64,000 nucleotides of DNA from Rhynchopus sp. YZ270_cl-10 (taxonomy: Eukaryota). Each line of letters starts with the position of its first letter. Within the stretch, counting starts at the first letter, position 1. Under the pieces are notes generated by a model. The model was not told where the DNA came from, did not search any database, and saw only the letters and a list, made by a program, of their open reading frames with translations. The stretch lies in NCBI GenBank assembly GCA_964035575.1, contig OZ037845.1, positions 806,001-870,000 on the forward strand. The letters are read 5' to 3'. Below are positions 45,822-54,302 of the stretch, piece after piece. The translations under genes and the position numbers were made by a program.

Positions 45822-47710
45822 CTAACTTTGTGCAAGCAGATCAGGGGAGCAAGACAAGGGAGAGTCCTGTCGTGATCCGGAGGTGGGATTGCTCAGCATT
45901 GTTTGCGAGCCGCTGAGGTTTTTCGCACTCACGAGATGAGGTGGGTGTGAGTCGTACGTAAAGCCAGAGAAAAGGTCCTGTTGGCTGCCGCCAAGCCCCT
46001 TCATCGCACCCAGGCCGGAGTAGTCCACATTCCCTGGCACGCTGTCTGGAATGCCATTCCCTAAGAACTCTTCATCTACTTGGCTCACATCTCCAGGGCC
46101 GTTCACTATAAGAAGGGGTGTTTTGTAAGGAATCGCTTTAAACAGATGAACCAAAAGCAAAAAAAAAAAAACGGGTCTTTGTTTGTGCGCAAAGCCGAAT
46201 AGGTCAAGAATTAGTTCCCTCCCCCCCAAAAAAAAAATTTTGTACGACGAATGCGCCATTATGCACACACATCTTCAAGAAAAGTATAAGAGTGAATATA
46301 GTCCTGTGCTTAGTAAAAAGGGAAGGGTTGGGTAAGATGGAATTTGACACCTAAAAAAGCGTAGGCTTTTTGTGGGGAAAAGTGGCATACCAGGAGGAAT
46401 AAAAGAGGGCTTGACGCTTCTGGCGTAGAGCGCCTTCCAGTCGACGGTGGCGAAGAATGGGTGGGTGATGACATCGCGAGGTCCATCAGGTCCGGAGCCA
46501 AGTCTGTGTGTTGAAGGGACATTGCGTTTTGCAGAAACCATTTTTTCTTTGACAGTTAAAGATAGGAATGTGAGTAAAAGCAAGCACGATGTTAACCACC
46601 CTTATCTCTTTATTAGACAATACCTGTGCGAAGGGTCGCGTGCCAGCAGTTGTATCAACAAATCTGTTGCGTGTGGGGTGACGAACTCAGGGATGAACAG
46701 ATCAGCGTGCAGAATCATGTCGTACATCTCCTTTGTGTCCGTAGAGTAGAACCTGCAGGGAGAAGAAAGAAAGTTGACTTGGAACACAAAGCCCTCTCAT
46801 GACAATGTACCTTGGTACATGACCGGTCTGGTAGACCCCAACTAAAGAAATATGAATAAGAGTACCCTCCTCTCCATTTCGTCTTCTAAACTATACTACC
46901 ATCCCCGCAAAAAAACGCAACCCACCCCTAAACCTCTATTGTCACCTTTGATCACAACCGTTATCACAAAAGACACCATAATGAACCCGAAACATCAATG
47001 CAACACGAAAATCCATCCCAAAAATCTGCTTTAAAACACATACGGAGGAATGCCTACAATCATTTCGTAGAGCAGCGTACCGAAGCTCCACCAGTCGACA
47101 GGCTTGCCGTGGCCTTGGTTGAGGAGAATCTCTGGTGCAAGGTACTCTGGCGTGCCACAGAAGGTGCGGGTTCTGTCAGACTCACCACGGAGTGATTTGG
47201 AAAGGCCAAAGTCGGTGAGGACCACGTGGCCTTCTGCGTCTAGCAGCACGTTCTCGGGCTTCAGGTCTCTGTAGATGATGCCCTGGTCGTGAAGGTATTG
47301 GATGCCCAGCGCAATCTCTGCTGCATAAAACCGTGCCCGCTCTTCGTTGAAGCGCTTCTCTTTCTTCAGGTGAGAAAAGAGTTCTCCACCGTTGGCAAAG
47401 TTCATCACAAGGTACAGCTTCTCCTGCGTCTGAAACGCATATTTCATCTTCACCAAAAATGGGTGATCCGCAAGACCCAGTACCGCCCGTTCAGTTCTCG
47501 TGTGTTCCACCTCATCTCTCTCGATTAGCATGTTTTTATTAAGGATTTTCATTGCAAGATACTCGCCTGTCCCCTTCTGCCTGACAAGGAGCACCACAGC
47601 GTAGTTCCCTTCCCCAATCTTCTGGAGCATCTGAAAGTCATCCTTCCCTACCTTCGGGTCCTTCCCGTCCTTGCTCTTAGTCAGCCCCGACTTCGAGCTT
47701 TTGCCACCCA
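45822..47710 (-). CDS. AGC-family Ser/Thr kinase (PKB/SGK/S6K-like), 4 exons (47710-47044, 46752-46624, 46503-46391, 46105-45822)
   Basis: MGGKSSK N-terminus, GEGNYA, YRDLKPEN, DFG, TFCGTPEYLAPE and the C-terminal hydrophobic motif FSGFTY. Three GT-AG introns restore the frame. Confidence 0.93.
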
Positions 47711-48124
47711 TTATAAAAGACGTACGCCCCCCACCACAATACCCAAAGCTCTTCCCAGAACAAAGGGAAAGGGGAAAAGGGGGGAACAATGGGGGTGTGT
47801 ATGTGTACTGCGTTTCCTGGTGTGTGTTGAGGAAAAAAAAGGGGGTTGATAGTGCAAAAAACACCACGCAAGGAAGGAAAGCCCCTTCATCGGACGCATT
47901 GATAGCATCATTACTATTAGCGTAGAGATAAGACCATTACCAAGCCTGTACTTAGCCAAGAAATAATTGCCCCCCCCCCCCCCCTAAACATTTTAAACAC
48001 TTATTCCAAAGAGAATGCCGTGTAAACGACCTCCCTTGATCTATTAGTACTCCTTGTCGCCACTCCCTCCCTCCCTTTCCCCCCTCCTTTTTTCGTATGA
48101 ATAATGCATTCTGCTTGATTCTGA

Positions 48125-48160
48125 CCTTCACCTTCACCTTCACCTTCACCTTCACCTTCA
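48125..48160. repeat. (CCTTCA)6, left part of the retroelement target tract
   Basis: Six perfect units abut the 5' end of the element. Confidence 0.95.
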
Positions 48161-48376
48161 TCCCTAGTAAACTTGTTTAAGCAGCTCTGCTGCGTCTTGG
48201 GGGTCTCTCGATTATATATTTTAGGCTTCGCGTCCTGCATGTTTATTGTCCACTTGCATCTGCAAGGTTGGAAGAGGGTAACAGGGGAAACTCATTAAAA
48301 ATCATTCACTCACTCATCAGGATTTTTTGTGTTTCCCCGGTCTCACCCTCCGTACGTGTTTTTAAAGATATAAAAA

Positions 48377-49420
48377 ATGTCTGAGGAATGGGTGTCTACA
48401 AAGTGGTACACGTACCGGCCAAGTGCGGCGGTGACCAACTTGGTGAACGATGCGCCGGATGTGGTGAAGACCGCGATGGTGGAAACGTCCCTGAAGGGGG
48501 AGTTTGTGAAGGACACGGTGGACTCCCTGCAGGTCGATGGTGAGCCGCAGACGGATCTGAAGGTGTTTGCCGCACGGGTGACAAGATCGGAGGTGTCGGA
48601 CTGGTCGGACATGAAGGAGAGGCGTACGGCTCTTTTCCTCGCGTTGATCCGTAAGTCTGTGGGGGACGAGGGCTTCGGGGTGCTGCTGCAGGCGAGGCAG
48701 GATCAGTTCCCGTCGACCCCGGGGGTGTCCAGCCCAAAGCCGGAGGTCGAGACCGAGGAGGAGGCCGAAAAGGCTGAGGACACGAAGATGCAGGTCCTCT
48801 CTTTCGCGCCTAGGGTGAAGATGCAGCAGGTAGTAGAACCAGAAAAACAGGAGGAGAACTTCACGGTCGATTTTGGGGACAATGTGGATGAGGCGCCTGA
48901 GGGGACGTCCGCTAAGGACGTCCTCCTCGACCACCGCAAGTGGAGGTTGCTGGACAGGATGGAGCAGATGGAGCTTCTGCGCCTGCTCCAGACTCGGTAC
49001 GTGGCGCCCAGGGAAGGTGACGCGAGGGATGCGGGCCTGGCGGCCATCGCCATCATGGACAACGCGATGAGGGGTAAGGCTGTGGAGTTCCTGTTGGGTA
49101 TGCTCCTGGACGACCTTCTGTTTTTCCACTTTAGGTTCACAGAAGGTTTGGACAGCGCCAAGGCTTTCCGCCAGAGGTCGACATTGGGGGACTCGACCAC
49201 CCCGTCGCGCAAGGCGGCCATCGAGGCAGCGCAGGCAAAGGCCAAGACGTTGAAGAGGGCGGCTCCGACCGGGTGGGGTCATCCGGAGCAGAAACGCGCC
49301 CGCCAGGACCACGGGGGGTCTAACTTTGACAGGACCTGGTCTGGCAACAAGGGTTTTCGCGGACACAGGTGGCAGCCACCACTGCCACAGAAGGGAGGCA
49401 AAGGGAAAGGAAGCCAGTAG
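48377..49420 (+). CDS. Retroelement ORF1, gag-like (by position)
   Basis: 347-aa ORF directly after repeat A1, with a basic Gly-rich C-terminus. Confidence 0.75.
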   Translation: MSEEWVSTKWYTYRPSAAVTNLVNDAPDVVKTAMVETSLKGEFVKDTVDSLQVDGEPQTDLKVFAARVTRSEVSDWSDMKERRTALFLALIRKSVGDEGFGVLLQARQDQFPSTPGVSSPKPEVETEEEAEKAEDTKMQVLSFAPRVKMQQVVEPEKQEENFTVDFGDNVDEAPEGTSAKDVLLDHRKWRLLDRMEQMELLRLLQTRYVAPREGDARDAGLAAIAIMDNAMRGKAVEFLLGMLLDDLLFFHFRFTEGLDSAKAFRQRSTLGDSTTPSRKAAIEAAQAKAKTLKRAAPTGWGHPEQKRARQDHGGSNFDRTWSGNKGFRGHRWQPPLPQKGGKGKGSQ

Positions 49421-52394
49421 GGATGACAAAGAAGCCGGTGGGGCTATCGATGATAAAAACAAACACACAACAGCCGGTGGGGCTTGTGCACGAAAAAACA
49501 AACAGACAACAGCCGGTGGGGCTTATGAGAGAAAATACAAACAGACAACAGCCGGTGGGGCTAATGAAGGAAAAAACGAACAAACAACAGCCGGTGGGGC
49601 TTGTGAGAGAAAATACAAACAGACAACAGCCGGTGGGGCAAACAACACAGAGAATAAACAAACCGGTGGGGTTTTCGCGGGTGGTGCCGCTGGCGCCCCC
49701 ATTTTTAGGAGAGGTAGGAACGGAAGCCGGACCACGGGCGACATGGAGTCACAGAAGAGCGGTCGAGACAGAGCTGTTCAGGCTGCGAGATGGAAAAGCA
49801 TTGGGGAGAAAGATGCGGGAGCTCATGACGTGGGACACCGCGCACAAGTATGCGGTGGCGCCCAAGACGGCTTACAACAACGATACTTTGAGAGACCGGT
49901 TCCAGAAATTCTGCGACACTCTGCCGGCAGAGACACCCTGGGACGAGGCCCTGATCAAGTTCGGTTTCGACGTGATGAAGACTGCATCCCCAAAAACGGC
50001 GGACTCGTACATAGGGAGACTCACGAAGACGCTGACCAGGGAGGGCCACAGGGGAGTGCGAACACTGCGGCTGAAGGATACGCGCACCACGTTCACGCGA
50101 ACGTCGACGTACATCCGCCCTCGTCAGGCGCCTCCGTTGACCACTGTAGAGGTAACGGACAGTCTACGCAAGCTTGTGCAGGCAGGGCAGGAGACAGCGG
50201 CAGCATTGTTCGCGACCGCGTGGGTCTCGCGGGCGAGGGTACCAGACCTGCGTTTTATGGTGAAGGCGGATTGGGTGGAACTGAACACGACGAACTCTCC
50301 TCTGAACACCGAAGCAGCAGTATTTGCCAAGGAGAAGGGGTGCAAGAGTTGGTGTCCGGAGATTTACATGCCAGCAGGGCCTATCACAGCTATAGCAGTG
50401 GAATTCTGGAGAAAGCAAAAGGAGGGGGTGGTAGTATTTGGGGGAGACACGAAGACATACGACAGGCTGAAGGCAGTCCTCAAGAAGGGGATGCCGGAAG
50501 GTTCGTGGCTGCACTCCATTCGTCATGGAGCCTCGCGGATGATCAACGCGAAGGAGTTGGACCCGGAGCTGAACCGCAAGGCGTTGCGCCACACCTCTTT
50601 TGGGATGACGAGGAGGTACCAGAACTCTCTGAACTCCGAGAAGAGGGGGGTGCAGAAGGTTTTGCTTGGCCCTCTGCAGCAGCAGTGAGAGGGGAGGAAG
50701 AACCGCTGTGTGTGCGAAGGTTGATGGCGAAGGCGAAGTACCCGGGTTTCGAACAGAAAGGTAAAGGCCCGATCTTCAGAGGGTCTGCCTACGGGGAGAG
50801 GATGCGAGGGCCTGGCAGGGAGCGAGAGGCGAGGCGCGTGGACGATTTTCCTAAAGGGCTCCTGGACTACGGGGTTTTGCGGAGATTGGCTGCGGAGGTG
50901 AACAGATCCGTGGAGTTTTTGAAGTGGTGCACAGACGGGGAGTGGTTTCAAAGGAGCCTCAGCAGCCCTATTCCTCTGCCGGGCCCTCCGACGGACATGC
51001 GCCCGAGTTTCGTGGAGGCGTGCACAAAGGCGGGAGTGTTGACACCGGTAGGGCGGTCCGATGTGGTGCGAGGGGTAGTGGCGATGTTTGACATTCCAAA
51101 GTCAGACCCCGCAGTCCGCAGGCTCATCCTGGACGGTAGACCAGTGAATCGACGAACACCTAAACCTCCCCCGTTCCTTCTCCCGGGGGCGCGATCGGTC
51201 GGACGTTTTTTATCGAGTGCGAGTGCTAGGTGGGGGATGATAATCGATTTAAAGGGGTTTTTCAATCAGTTCCCGTTGTCTAAAGGGGTGGCGTCGTTTT
51301 TCGGTGTACGGGTTGGTAGCAGGTGGTTCACATGGGGTCGTCTTCCGATGGGTTTTGCCCACGCCCCGTACATTGCGCAGAGCACGGGCGAGATTTTTCT
51401 GGGCAGGTTGTTAAACCTGTCGGCTATCATCTATTTGGATGATATCCTGGTTGTGGGCGAGTCGCGGGAGGAGGTACGTGCCAAAGCCGCATACGTTTTG
51501 GGGAGGATTCAGGAGACGGGTGGTGAGGTTAACAAAAAGAAGTCGATGGAGAACCCAGCAGAACGTTTTGTGTACAACGGAGTGGAATGGGACCTGCCGG
51601 ACGTGCGTTTCAGGTTGCCTCAGAAGTGGAGAGAGGAAGCTGTGGCGTCAATGCAAACCATTTTGGCAGGGCAGACTCAGCGCCTGCGTGACTGGTGGAT
51701 AGTGGTAGGACTGGCGTTCAGGGTGGCGTTTATCCACAAAATACCTTTGTGTTATCTCTGTGGGGTCCTGCAATTCATTCGCCAGCAGGGGAAGCGGGTT
51801 TCGGAAGGTTTGATCGCGTGGGATGAGCAGACCACTCTGCCGGGATCGGCGCGCTGTGAGCTGTCGGGTTTGATAGTGAACGAGATGGTACCGAACAGGT
51901 GGCACTACCAACAGCGCACCCCGCCGGCCGAGAAGTCAGGTGTGGCGTGGTCAGACGCGTCGACCACAGGATGGGGGTACATCACAAAAAGGAAAGGGGA
52001 GAAGAGAGGCGTGGCCCGCTACGGCATGTGGGAAATAGAAGGTTGCTCTGGTGACATGTTTTTCTTGGAGTTGTTGGCGGCGGAAAAGGCGGTGGAGGCT
52101 TTGCTGTTGCAGGGGTGTCGGGACTTGCTGGTTATGGTGGATAACGAGTCAGTACAGTATGTGGTGACCAGAGGGCACTCGAAGACGAGGAGAGGCAACC
52201 AGACCTTGAGGAGGGTGTTGGCCAGGCTGAAGGAGTGCAACGCCACCCTGGAGGTGCAGTGGATACCGGGCGGCGACGACATGCCGGCTGACTGCTGGTC
52301 GAGGATGAAAGCGTGGGGTACAAAAGTGGTTGGGGTTAATCTAGTGGGGGTGTTAGAGACAGAGAGAGGTTTTTCAGCGAAAAAGGACAGTTGA
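49326..52394 (+). CDS. Retroelement ORF3, reverse transcriptase + RNase H (true start uncertain)
   Basis: RT motifs RLILDGR, IIDLKGFFNQ, LPMG and YLDD; RNase H motifs WSDAS, LELLA, VDN and ADCWSR. Confidence 0.92.
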   Translation: MTGPGLATRVFADTGGSHHCHRREAKGKEASRDDKEAGGAIDDKNKHTTAGGACARKNKQTTAGGAYERKYKQTTAGGANEGKNEQTTAGGACERKYKQTTAGGANNTENKQTGGVFAGGAAGAPIFRRGRNGSRTTGDMESQKSGRDRAVQAARWKSIGEKDAGAHDVGHRAQVCGGAQDGLQQRYFERPVPEILRHSAGRDTLGRGPDQVRFRRDEDCIPKNGGLVHRETHEDADQGGPQGSANTAAEGYAHHVHANVDVHPPSSGASVDHCRGNGQSTQACAGRAGDSGSIVRDRVGLAGEGTRPAFYGEGGLGGTEHDELSSEHRSSSICQGEGVQELVSGDLHASRAYHSYSSGILEKAKGGGGSIWGRHEDIRQAEGSPQEGDAGRFVAALHSSWSLADDQREGVGPGAEPQGVAPHLFWDDEEVPELSELREEGGAEGFAWPSAAAVRGEEEPLCVRRLMAKAKYPGFEQKGKGPIFRGSAYGERMRGPGREREARRVDDFPKGLLDYGVLRRLAAEVNRSVEFLKWCTDGEWFQRSLSSPIPLPGPPTDMRPSFVEACTKAGVLTPVGRSDVVRGVVAMFDIPKSDPAVRRLILDGRPVNRRTPKPPPFLLPGARSVGRFLSSASARWGMIIDLKGFFNQFPLSKGVASFFGVRVGSRWFTWGRLPMGFAHAPYIAQSTGEIFLGRLLNLSAIIYLDDILVVGESREEVRAKAAYVLGRIQETGGEVNKKKSMENPAERFVYNGVEWDLPDVRFRLPQKWREEAVASMQTILAGQTQRLRDWWIVVGLAFRVAFIHKIPLCYLCGVLQFIRQQGKRVSEGLIAWDEQTTLPGSARCELSGLIVNEMVPNRWHYQQRTPPAEKSGVAWSDASTTGWGYITKRKGEKRGVARYGMWEIEGCSGDMFFLELLAAEKAVEALLLQGCRDLLVMVDNESVQYVVTRGHSKTRRGNQTLRRVLARLKECNATLEVQWIPGGDDMPADCWSRMKAWGTKVVGVNLVGVLETERGFSAKKDS
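49369..50688 (+). CDS. Retroelement ORF2, tyrosine recombinase
   Basis: The catalytic set R(VPDL), K, HSIRHG, H(TS) and Y (MTRRY) is present. The N-terminus carries 13-aa repeats. Confidence 0.88.
   Translation: MAATTATEGRQRERKPVGMTKKPVGLSMIKTNTQQPVGLVHEKTNRQQPVGLMRENTNRQQPVGLMKEKTNKQQPVGLVRENTNRQQPVGQTTQRINKPVGFSRVVPLAPPFLGEVGTEAGPRATWSHRRAVETELFRLRDGKALGRKMRELMTWDTAHKYAVAPKTAYNNDTLRDRFQKFCDTLPAETPWDEALIKFGFDVMKTASPKTADSYIGRLTKTLTREGHRGVRTLRLKDTRTTFTRTSTYIRPRQAPPLTTVEVTDSLRKLVQAGQETAAALFATAWVSRARVPDLRFMVKADWVELNTTNSPLNTEAAVFAKEKGCKSWCPEIYMPAGPITAIAVEFWRKQKEGVVVFGGDTKTYDRLKAVLKKGMPEGSWLHSIRHGASRMINAKELDPELNRKALRHTSFGMTRRYQNSLNSEKRGVQKVLLGPLQQQ
49430..49675 (+). repeat. 39-bp coding tandem repeat (core CAGCCGGTGGGGC)
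   Basis: About six units. They read QQPVGLxxExTNx in ORF2 and QTTAGGAxExKxK in ORF3. Confidence 0.9.
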
Positions 52395-52855
52395 GTCGGG
52401 CAGGACACGAGCGATAGGTGTTTCCCCGGTCTCACCCTCCGTACGTTAACTTCGCATAGTGTTTGCCAAAAAATTAAAAGATTGGGGCGGTAGGGTTTTT
52501 TATTCGGATTTGCGTTTTTTGCTTGTTGCTCTTATATATATCGAGAGACCCCTCCCTAGTAAACTTGTTTAAGCAGCTCTGCTGCGTCTTGGGGGTCTCT
52601 CGATTATATATTTTAGGCTTCGCGTCCTGCATGTTTATTGTCCACTTGCATCTGCAAGGTTGGAAGAGGGTAACAGGGGAAACTCATTAAAAATCATTCA
52701 CTCACTCATCAGGATTTTTTGTGTTTCCCCGGTCTCACCCTCCGTACGTTAACTTCGCATAGTGTTTGCCAAAAAATTAAAAGATTGGGGCGGTAGGGTT
52801 TTTTATTCGGATTTGCGTTTTTTGCTTGTTGCTCTTATATATATCGAGAGACCCC

Positions 52856-52973
52856 CCTTCACCTTCACCTTCACCTTCACCTTCACCTTCACCTTCACCT
52901 TCACCTTCACCTTCACCTTCACCTTCACCTTCACCTTCACCTTCACCTTCACCTTCACCTTCACCTTCACCTT
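52856..52973. repeat. (CCTTCA)~19, right part of the target tract
   Basis: Perfect hexamer run from the 3' end of the element into the stop codon of the adjacent gene. Confidence 0.95.
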
Positions 52974-54058
52974 GTCCTCATGGGAGAGAGAGGACTGGTC
53001 GAGAGAGGCGAGGTGCGGGAGGGAAGAACGTCATCTGATCGCATTGCAGGTGGAGAGGTGCGTGCTTGGTTTGCTCGGTGTGGGCGGTGTGGGCCTGGTG
53101 CGGAGACGGGTCGGTGGGGCGGGGTGGTGTTGGCAGTTCCGCCGAAGGCATTGCTTGCGTAGAAACCGTTGCGTTCCTGTCGGAGCTGCACTTCACGTTG
53201 GTATACAATATTGTGGTTGTCCTTAATCAAGACAAAGTCGGCTTCGCGCCGCTCTTTGATCGTCTGTGTTATGGTATTGGCCTCCTTCCTCCACGCCTCA
53301 CGCTGTCGATGCATGGTCTCATCCCTGCGCTCCTCTAGCTGCGTGCGCTTCTTCTTCTGACTGTCAACCAACTCCTTTATCTCAGTGGTTAGGTTCTCCT
53401 TATGCAACTTCAACCGCCGCCGCTGAACTGTTTCTTTCTTTCGTTGTACCGATTTGTCACGTTTAGTGCACTCATGCTTTTGAAGTACCGCATTCTGAAC
53501 ACTAAGTTGGAGCTGTTCGCGGTCGCACGCTGCACGCCGTTTGAGTTCGCATACATTTTCTTGACGTCGCTGTTCTTGCTCTTCTTTGTCGCGTTTCCAT
53601 ATTCGTCGTTCTATCTCGAATAGCTTTTTGCGGGCAAGCACTTCACGGTCGTGGTGTATGCGTCGTTCGTTCAGTGACTTTTGTCGTCGCGTCTTTGCCT
53701 CGCAACGCTCCTTTAAGATCTGTGCCGCATAATCCTGACGACGCTTCTCTATTTGTGCCTGCAGGTCTCTCTCCTGCTCCTTGCGTTGCACCAACATCTT
53801 CTCCGCCTGTATCTCCTTGCGGTGTGCGGCCTCCTCTCTATCCAGCTTGCGCTGCTTCGATTCATTCTCAAGCAGTGCATTCAACCTCTCTGCCTCAAAA
53901 GCCCGTTCCTTCGCCTGGGTCAGTTTGCTTTGCCGCCACGACTGCTGCGCTCTTCTTGTATAATCGCGGATTGCCTTATCACTTTCCTGTGCACCCAGCC
54001 CTGTTGTGCCCTTCCCCAACGGCACCAATTGGTACTCATCATTATCAGAATCAAACAT
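52967..54058 (-). CDS. Hypothetical coiled-coil protein (363 aa)
   Basis: E/R/K/Q-rich uninterrupted ORF. Confidence 0.8.
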   Translation of the reverse strand: MFDSDNDEYQLVPLGKGTTGLGAQESDKAIRDYTRRAQQSWRQSKLTQAKERAFEAERLNALLENESKQRKLDREEAAHRKEIQAEKMLVQRKEQERDLQAQIEKRRQDYAAQILKERCEAKTRRQKSLNERRIHHDREVLARKKLFEIERRIWKRDKEEQEQRRQENVCELKRRAACDREQLQLSVQNAVLQKHECTKRDKSVQRKKETVQRRRLKLHKENLTTEIKELVDSQKKKRTQLEERRDETMHRQREAWRKEANTITQTIKERREADFVLIKDNHNIVYQREVQLRQERNGFYASNAFGGTANTTPPHRPVSAPGPHRPHRANQARTSPPAMRSDDVLPSRTSPLSTSPLSPMRTR

Positions 54059-54302
54059 TTTTTTTAGTTCTAATTTGAGATGCAGGAGGGGAGAGGGAGA
54101 GGGAGAGGGGAAGAAAGGAATTGAAAGTTTTTAAAAAGGTTGCATTTTTTTTTTGAAGTTTTCTTCAAAACGGCCCCCCCTCAGGAATTGGGCTGAAGTT
54201 TTTTGTTTGCATTGCTTGGTAGCACCAAGATTTCTTGTTAGAAAGTTTCCGGTTCGGTAAAGAAAAAAAAAAAAGGAAAGAGGACGAATTTTGCAAAACT
54301 CT

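Larger units (their letters stand above)
48161..52855 (+). mobile_element. Tyrosine-recombinase retrotransposon (DIRS order, VIPER/TATE-like ORF order) with split direct repeats
   Basis: Layout is A1 48161-48357, three ORFs, B1 52418-52552, A2 52553-52749, B2 52721-52855. Encodes gag-like, YR and RT-RNaseH. No TSD beyond the periodic target. Confidence 0.93.

Noticed and set aside
49430..49675. CRISPR-like repeat/spacer appearance
   Set aside because: The spacers are homologous to one another, the period is a multiple of three within coding frames, no cas genes are present, and the context is eukaryotic.
52856..52973. Telomeric repeat
   Set aside because: The unit is TGAAGG, not TTAGGG, and it lies internally between genes.
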